Shown here: positions 58,479 to 64,000 of the stretch, in pieces | Layout: every line of letters starts with the position of its first letter | Position numbering within the stretch: position 1 is the stretch's first letter | Origin: Candidatus Bathyarchaeota archaeon | GTDB lineage: Archaea > Thermoproteota > Bathyarchaeia > Bathyarchaeales > Bathycorpusculaceae | Assembly (NCBI GenBank): GCA_963775465.1 | Contig: CAVZIW010000002.1 | Span: forward strand, 64,110 to 128,109 | Reading direction: 5' to 3' | Length of the DNA: 64,000 nucleotides | Position numbers and translations under genes: made by a program | Notes under the pieces: generated by a model | Database searches by the model: none | What the model was told of the DNA's origin: nothing | The model's input: the letters and a program-made list of their open reading frames with translations, nothing else

Positions 58479-59543
58479 ATGGTAAAGATGGATTTCGGCG
58501 GCGTCAAAGAAGACGTCATCACTCGAGAAGAATTCACATTGGCAAAAGCCCAAAAAATCTTAAAAGACGAAGTTGTCGTTTCACTCGGTTACGGAATTCA
58601 AGGTCAAGCGCAATCGCTAAACATGCGTGATCAAGGAATAAAAGTAATCATAGGTCAAGAAAAAGAAGGTGTGTTCAAAAAAGAATGGGACAAGGCAATA
58701 GCTGATGGTTGGAAACCAGGTGAAAACCTTTTCCCAATGGAAGAAGCCGCCAAAAAAGGAACCATCAAAATGTTCCTACTTACCGACGCAGGACAAAAAG
58801 CTGTCTGGCCAAAAGTGAAAGATAGTCTTAAAGCTGGAGATGCTCTCTACTTTAGTCACGGCTTTAGCATAGTTTATAAAGAACAAACGGGCGTAATTCC
58901 GCCAAAAGAAATAGACGTTATACTTGTTGCACCCAAAGGCTCTGGCACCAGTGTTCGTAGAAACTTTATTGATGGAAGCGGCATAAACTGCAGTTTTGCT
59001 GTTTTTCAAAATGCAACCGGTAAAGCGGAAGAACGAGCCAAAGCTCTCGGGATTGCCATTGGTGGGGGATACCTATTTCCAACAACTTTTGAGAAAGAAA
59101 CCTTCAGCGACCTTACAGGGGAACGAGGAACGTTGATGGGTGCTCTCGCAGGCATCCTGGAAGCCCAATACAAAACCTTACGTGAACACGGACACAGCCC
59201 AAGTGAAGCATTCAATGAAAGTGTAGAAGAACTCACACAGAGCCTTATCCGTCTTGTCGACGAAAATGGCATGGACTGGATGTACTGCAACTGCAGCGAG
59301 ACTGCGCGCATCGGCGCATTGCGATGGAGAAGCAGGTTTCGTGAGGCGACCCAACCAGTGTTTGACTCGCTCTACGAGCTCGTTGCGGCAGGTGAAGAAA
59401 CACGTATAGTGCTTGAAAAGAGCAAGGTGCCTGATTACCGTCAGAAACTGGCTGAAGAGCTCAAAGAAATGGGTAACAGTGAAATGTGGCGTGCAGGTGC
59501 AACTGTTAGGTCATTAAGACCGGGCAAACCAAAGAAAGCATAA
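58479..59543 (+). CDS. ilvC: ketol-acid reductoisomerase (Bacteroidetes/fungal Ilv5-like type)
   Basis: GYGIQG, FSHGF, VAPKGSG, SDLTGERG, EAFNE, CSETA. Confidence 0.95.
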   Translation: MVKMDFGGVKEDVITREEFTLAKAQKILKDEVVVSLGYGIQGQAQSLNMRDQGIKVIIGQEKEGVFKKEWDKAIADGWKPGENLFPMEEAAKKGTIKMFLLTDAGQKAVWPKVKDSLKAGDALYFSHGFSIVYKEQTGVIPPKEIDVILVAPKGSGTSVRRNFIDGSGINCSFAVFQNATGKAEERAKALGIAIGGGYLFPTTFEKETFSDLTGERGTLMGALAGILEAQYKTLREHGHSPSEAFNESVEELTQSLIRLVDENGMDWMYCNCSETARIGALRWRSRFREATQPVFDSLYELVAAGEETRIVLEKSKVPDYRQKLAEELKEMGNSEMWRAGATVRSLRPGKPKKA

Positions 59544-59546
59544 CCC

Positions 59547-59562
59547 ATTTTTCTTCTTTTTT
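59547..59562 (+). terminator. T-rich terminator after ilvC
   Basis: ATTTTTCTTCTTTTTT after the stop codon. Confidence 0.45.
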
Positions 59563-59575
59563 AAGTTTCCCTAAA

Positions 59576-60328
59576 TCAAAAACAATGAATTTTCTCTTTT
59601 CTTTGTTCGTTCCAGTCATTTAGAACTTGGCTTTCAGAGGTTAAGTCAGCTACCCCTAACATGTAGGATGGGTGCTTTTCCAGTTCTACTTCTTTGGTAT
59701 AAGGGGTTTTCGTAAAGCGTAGCACCATGTTTGCTTTTGCGGTAGTTATTTCTTGAAGAAAACTGTTTCTTATACTACTTTCATGAGAGAGGTAGGTCGC
59801 TATTATAATTAACTTATGTTTTCTGGCAAAGTTTGTGAGGTAGCTCATTATTTGACTGTAAACTGTTTTGGCTTCTTGGTCATCGACGTTGTCGTTTAAG
59901 AATGGAGCTGCAATATCAGAAATGACTACTATTTTGGCGTTGTTTGTTTCTACCGCTTCTCGTAGTTTTTCCATTATTAGGGCTGTTAGTCGATAAGCGG
60001 TGTATACGCGTATGCTGTGAATTCTTCTGAGTCTTGTTTCTGATTCTATTTGTTGTTTATGTAAGATTTGTTCGATATTTGATAGAGAAGAGCTGTTGGC
60101 GCAGTCGATGAAAACAATATTACTATCTAGTCCGCCGAGCCGATTTGGTAACTGGGCTCGAGCGCAAAGTGAAGTAGCTATTGAAGTAACTGTTTGCGGT
60201 CCGTATAGAACAGCAAAGTCTCCTGGTTTGAATCCTGGAAATAGACTATCTATATCTGGAATGTTAAAAGTAAACCTCGTTAGAGTGGTTTGAGGCATTG
60301 CGGACTTAATTATTAGTTGCTGTTGCAT
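59576..60328 (-). CDS. RadA/Rad51-like paralogue with degenerate Walker A
   Basis: IDSLFPG, AVLYGPQTV (no GKT), AQLPNRLGGLDSNIVFIDC, RVYTAYRL, VVISD. Confidence 0.75.
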   Translation of the reverse strand: MQQQLIIKSAMPQTTLTRFTFNIPDIDSLFPGFKPGDFAVLYGPQTVTSIATSLCARAQLPNRLGGLDSNIVFIDCANSSSLSNIEQILHKQQIESETRLRRIHSIRVYTAYRLTALIMEKLREAVETNNAKIVVISDIAAPFLNDNVDDQEAKTVYSQIMSYLTNFARKHKLIIIATYLSHESSIRNSFLQEITTAKANMVLRFTKTPYTKEVELEKHPSYMLGVADLTSESQVLNDWNEQRKEKIHCF

Positions 60329-60520
60329 AATATTTCCACAAAAAACGTTTAGGTCCGTAGAGTCTATTTAAGCCATCATCAGAACAACAATCCTGAGTAG
60401 GGGAGAGTAAGCTGAAAGTGAAAATGTTAATTGTACAAATTGCTGCTGGATCTCAGTTATAGTTCGCAATCAAGTTTTATTTTATCTTGTTCACAGATAT
60501 TTGAGTTAGCGCTAAAAAGG

Positions 60521-61570
60521 TTAGCATGCGTTTATTTGCTTTAAAATTTCTCTATACGTCGCAAGAGCCGTTTTTTCATCTGTTACGCCTTTGATTAGCA
60601 TGCGCCCGCCGTTAAACAGACTAACTTCATAATTTCTGTATGTGAACATCAACGCTAATTTTGACCTTAATCGTGTTTTGAATAACTTACTTATCCTCTG
60701 ATAAGCCTCATTAAGGTCTAGACTCATGGGTTTTTCTGGATTAACATTGGCTGTGTTTTTGCCACATAGCCATACCAACCGTTCACCACCTGAAATTTCT
60801 GAGACTTTTCCGTGACAGATTTGGCAATGAATGTTCTTGGAAATGTCTATAATTGTGAAATCCATGTCATTGAAGTCGCAGACCAATAGTTTGCCTTTCA
60901 AGGTTGAACCAATTCCGGTGAGAAGTTTTATTGTTTCCATTGCTTGCAATGAACCGATAATTCCAGTTGTTGCTCCCAAGACGCCGCGAGTGTTACATGT
61001 CATCATATCTTTATCTGACAAGTTAGGCATCAAACAATCCAAACAACCTGTTTCAGGTGGTGAAAAAACTGAAAGATTGCCTTCTATCCCTATGGCAGCG
61101 CCGAAAACATAGGGGATGCCCAGTTTTATGCACGCCCGGTTAACAAGGTAGCGGGTAACCATGTTATCTAAGCCATCGACTACACAATCCACTCCAGATA
61201 GAAGGCGTTCAACGTTATCTGCGTTAACGTTTTCGGGGATTGCCTCGACTTTTATGCCTGGGTTTTGTTTTTCAAGTCTGTTCGCAGCAATTTCAGTTTT
61301 GGGGTAGTGTATGTCGTCAGGGTTGTAGAGGATTTGTCGATGCAGGTTGTGAGTTTCGATTGTGTCTTGGTCGATTAAGCGGATGTAGCCCACCCCACCC
61401 AGTGCAAGGTAGAGCGAAGAAACTGTGCCTAATCCGCCTGCGCCGACAACGGCAATTTTAGATTTGGCAAGTTTTCTCTGCCCAAGTTCCCCCAGTTCTT
61501 TGAGTATGGTTTGGCGACTGTAAAACTCCCTAGAAAACCCTTCTTTATCTGTGGCATCCACCTTAGTCAT
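60521..61570 (-). CDS. MoeB/ThiF/UbaA family E1-like enzyme
   Basis: YSRQ, GAGGLG, NLHRQ, DGLDN, CLDC, catalytic Cys in TCNTRGV, CQIC. Confidence 0.92.
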   Translation of the reverse strand: MTKVDATDKEGFSREFYSRQTILKELGELGQRKLAKSKIAVVGAGGLGTVSSLYLALGGVGYIRLIDQDTIETHNLHRQILYNPDDIHYPKTEIAANRLEKQNPGIKVEAIPENVNADNVERLLSGVDCVVDGLDNMVTRYLVNRACIKLGIPYVFGAAIGIEGNLSVFSPPETGCLDCLMPNLSDKDMMTCNTRGVLGATTGIIGSLQAMETIKLLTGIGSTLKGKLLVCDFNDMDFTIIDISKNIHCQICHGKVSEISGGERLVWLCGKNTANVNPEKPMSLDLNEAYQRISKLFKTRLRSKLALMFTYRNYEVSLFNGGRMLIKGVTDEKTALATYREILKQINAC

Positions 61571-61781
61571 CTCCAAATCCACTCTTATATTTGCCTTTAT
61601 TGTCAAATAGCCTTATCATACATTTCCCCTAACTGGCTCAATCGTGTCAACTTCAAAGAGGTAGAAGGGAGGGAATCTATTTTTGTCATGGTGATGATAT
61701 TGCGAACTCATCTTAAGCACCGCCTAAGCTGTTGAAAAGACATATAAAAAGTAGGACATACGCCACTCTTTAATCTTAGAT

Positions 61782-62186
61782 CTAGGAGAATACCGAGAAC
61801 AATGATTCGCCCGAATCTTCCTCTTCTTTTTTCTTCAGATCACTGATTTTTTTGTTGAGCTCTTCTACTTCCTTTGTATTGCCCAGTGCTTCATAACTAT
61901 CACGTGCCTGCTCAAGCGCACTTAAACCATAACGTTCAAAACCTTTCGCAAAGGATATTTCAGATGCCTTAGTGAAGAACTCTACAGCTTTCTGATAATC
62001 TTTCATTGCAAAGCAACACTCACCTGCTTTATAAGTCATTTCAGCTGAACCAAAATAGTTTTGGCCTTTATAGTAGAGTTCAGCTACTTTGACAAATAAT
62101 TCTAGGGCTTCGGCATATTTGCCGTTTTCCATCAACGCGTTAGCGTCCTTGTGCATTTTAATAGGATCTTCTCTAATATTGCTCAT
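61782..62186 (-). CDS. TPR-repeat protein
   Basis: YAEALELF, KAGECCFAMKDYQKAVEFFTKA. Confidence 0.75.
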   Translation of the reverse strand: MSNIREDPIKMHKDANALMENGKYAEALELFVKVAELYYKGQNYFGSAEMTYKAGECCFAMKDYQKAVEFFTKASEISFAKGFERYGLSALEQARDSYEALGNTKEVEELNKKISDLKKKEEEDSGESLFSVFS

Positions 62187-62431
62187 GAATCATCACTTGC
62201 AATTAATCTGCAGAAACTACCATTTAGATTTTCCTCTTATGCGAATGCTAGAAATCTAAACTCCATTAAGCCGGTTTACTTCGACACGTTATGATACTAT
62301 TTTTAAAAGATAGTCTTTAATGATTTTTAACAAGTGATTAACCCATAAGATGCTGTAAAATAGTCTTTAAAAATTGCAAAGCATTTGTCGACTTAAAAGA
62401 ATTAGGAGATATCCAAGAAAAAAGAAAATGA

Positions 62432-62806
62432 TTAGACTTTCTTACTGTACCTTTTCTTTTTATCCCTTAATTTGCCAAATTCCACTGCGTTTAGAATCAA
62501 TCGCTCAAAGGTTTCAAAATCGGTATGCTGCATAATTGTTTTTTCAGAACTAACAAAGTTGCCTTTTTTTGCCTTTATCACTAATTCTTCGAACTCTTCT
62601 TCTAAAATGTCTTTGGTCATTATTGTTTGATTGTTAAGCAACCTTAAGTCACAGTCAAGGCAGTACTCAAAATCAAGCTCCAATATTCGTCCTTTTGAAT
62701 TTCCTTCGCCAAAATATTTACTGTTCATGGCAAGCCTATCAGTAATAACATCATCGAACTCTTCAATTGTAATATGCGTCTTCTTTATCTCATGTTTATG
62801 ACTCAA
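62432..62806 (-). CDS. hypothetical protein
   Basis: Open frame with a CLDC motif; TTG start after GAAGGT. Confidence 0.5.
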   Translation of the reverse strand: MSHKHEIKKTHITIEEFDDVITDRLAMNSKYFGEGNSKGRILELDFEYCLDCDLRLLNNQTIMTKDILEEEFEELVIKAKKGNFVSSEKTIMQHTDFETFERLILNAVEFGKLRDKKKRYSKKV

Positions 62807-62834
62807 GTTAGTACCTTCTTGGTTCGGATAAGGG

Positions 62835-63747
62835 CTAAGAGCCAATGAGTTTTAGAAAAATGGCTTTAGCTGAGTGAAGTCTGTTTTCTGCTTGCTCATA
62901 AATCACAGCCTTAGGATTCTCAATTGCCTCAGCGCTAATTTCGTAGCCGCGATGGATTGGCATATCGTGCATAATGTAAGTATTGCTGTTTTTGAGGAGT
63001 TCCGTGTTGATTTGGAACGGCATCATAATTTTAATTCGCCTCTCTTTTTCATTTGCGAATCTAGGGTCGGTAAAATACTCCATGTCAATCCATGTGTCTG
63101 TGTATACAAAATCTACGCCGGAAACGGCTTTTTTAATGTCCAATGTTGATTCCCAAAGTCCAGTTTTTTTTGCTTCAGTGAGCAAATCTTCGTCGCGTGC
63201 TGCTTCATTAAAGATTGGAGTTACAGTGGTTATTTTGACTCCTGTCTTTGTGCAGCCTTCAATTAAAGAGTTGGTTACGTTGTTATGGACTCCGATATAG
63301 ACGATTTTTGTACCCTCCAGTTTGCCCATTTTCTCTTTGATAGTAATCAAGTCGGCTAACGCTTGGCTTGGATGGTACATTTCGTCGCAACCATTTATCA
63401 CTGGAACCTTTGAAGCTTTTGCCATCTTTAACAGGTCTGAATTGTATAGCAACCGCGCCATAATACAATCCACATTTACTAGATAAGTACTGTAACTCAT
63501 CAGTTATATCGGCTAATGCAAAGTTGGTTGTTCTCCAATCAATAAATAATGCATGGCCGCCCAACTGAGTCATTGCTACCTCAAAAGAAACCCTTGTGCG
63601 GGTGGAGGTTTTTTGAAAAATTAACGCAGCAGATTTGCCCTCAAGGTTTTTAACAAATTTTTTAGGATTTTTCTTGGTTTCTATGCCTAAATCGACTAAT
63701 GCGTTGAGGTCTTTACCTGATAGTTCTTTGAAATTGATTAAATGCAT
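62835..63747 (-). CDS. argF: ornithine carbamoyltransferase, frameshifted at ~63478
   Basis: The N-half has FQKTSTRTRVSFE. The C-half has VINGC...HPSQALAD, YTDTW, HDMP and QAENRLH. One extra base at QYLS-/NVDCIMAR joins the two track ORFs. Confidence 0.85.
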
Positions 63748-64000
63748 TCTAATTGGCGCCTTCAATAACGCTGAATCGAACATATAATTATAAAGTTTTA
63801 TGCATTAACTTTTTCCATAAGTAGGATAAACAAAATTAAGAGAAAAGCATGATGTTTCTGATCGTACCTCAAACACAGATATAAAAGTTTAAACATTAGA
63901 CAACCAAGTCTAAAGTCTGAGCTTTCTTTGGTGTAATAGAAAAAACCTTCCAGCTTAATTTTCTGTACCGCTAAACAAGTAAGTGGCAGAGAGGTGATTT

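Noticed and set aside
1-64000. CRISPR arrays, rRNA, transposases, defence systems
   Set aside because: No regularly spaced repeats or diagnostic motifs were seen on either strand.

Overview
An archaeal chromosomal window, most likely Bathyarchaeia/TACK. This is inferred from the archaeal r-proteins eS4, eL19 and eL32, RNase P Rpp29, a BHB-intron tRNA and the gene repertoire. From left to right it holds: (1) a branched-chain amino acid operon cimA / ilvB-ilvN-leuC-leuD-leuB-leuA-pheA, with a structured 5' leader carrying a short uORF that ends in Val-Gln-Ile-Leu; (2) a ~9 kb accessory island around a heliorhodopsin, with a FAS1 protein, two ABC-2 exporters, a TspO-like protein, a Cys/His microprotein, a SOUL heme-binding protein, a broken alpha/beta hydrolase and a retinol-dehydrogenase-like SDR; (3) ilvD and mixed housekeeping genes, tRNA-Met(CAT) with a 45/46 intron, and hypFCD plus an inverted hypE; (4) the rpl22-to-secY r-protein cluster, with long low-complexity tails and an inserted Hsp20 gene, then a DUF106/EMC3-like insertase fused to a secreted beta-domain; (5) a GT2/radical-SAM cluster, a bacterial/fungal-type ilvC, an inactive RadA-like gene, a MoeB/UbaA E1 and a frameshifted argF. 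Several single-base frame breaks (cimA, Hsp20, argF) may be sequencing errors. No CRISPR array, rRNA or intact mobile element was seen. All calls come from reading motifs by eye, with no database searches.
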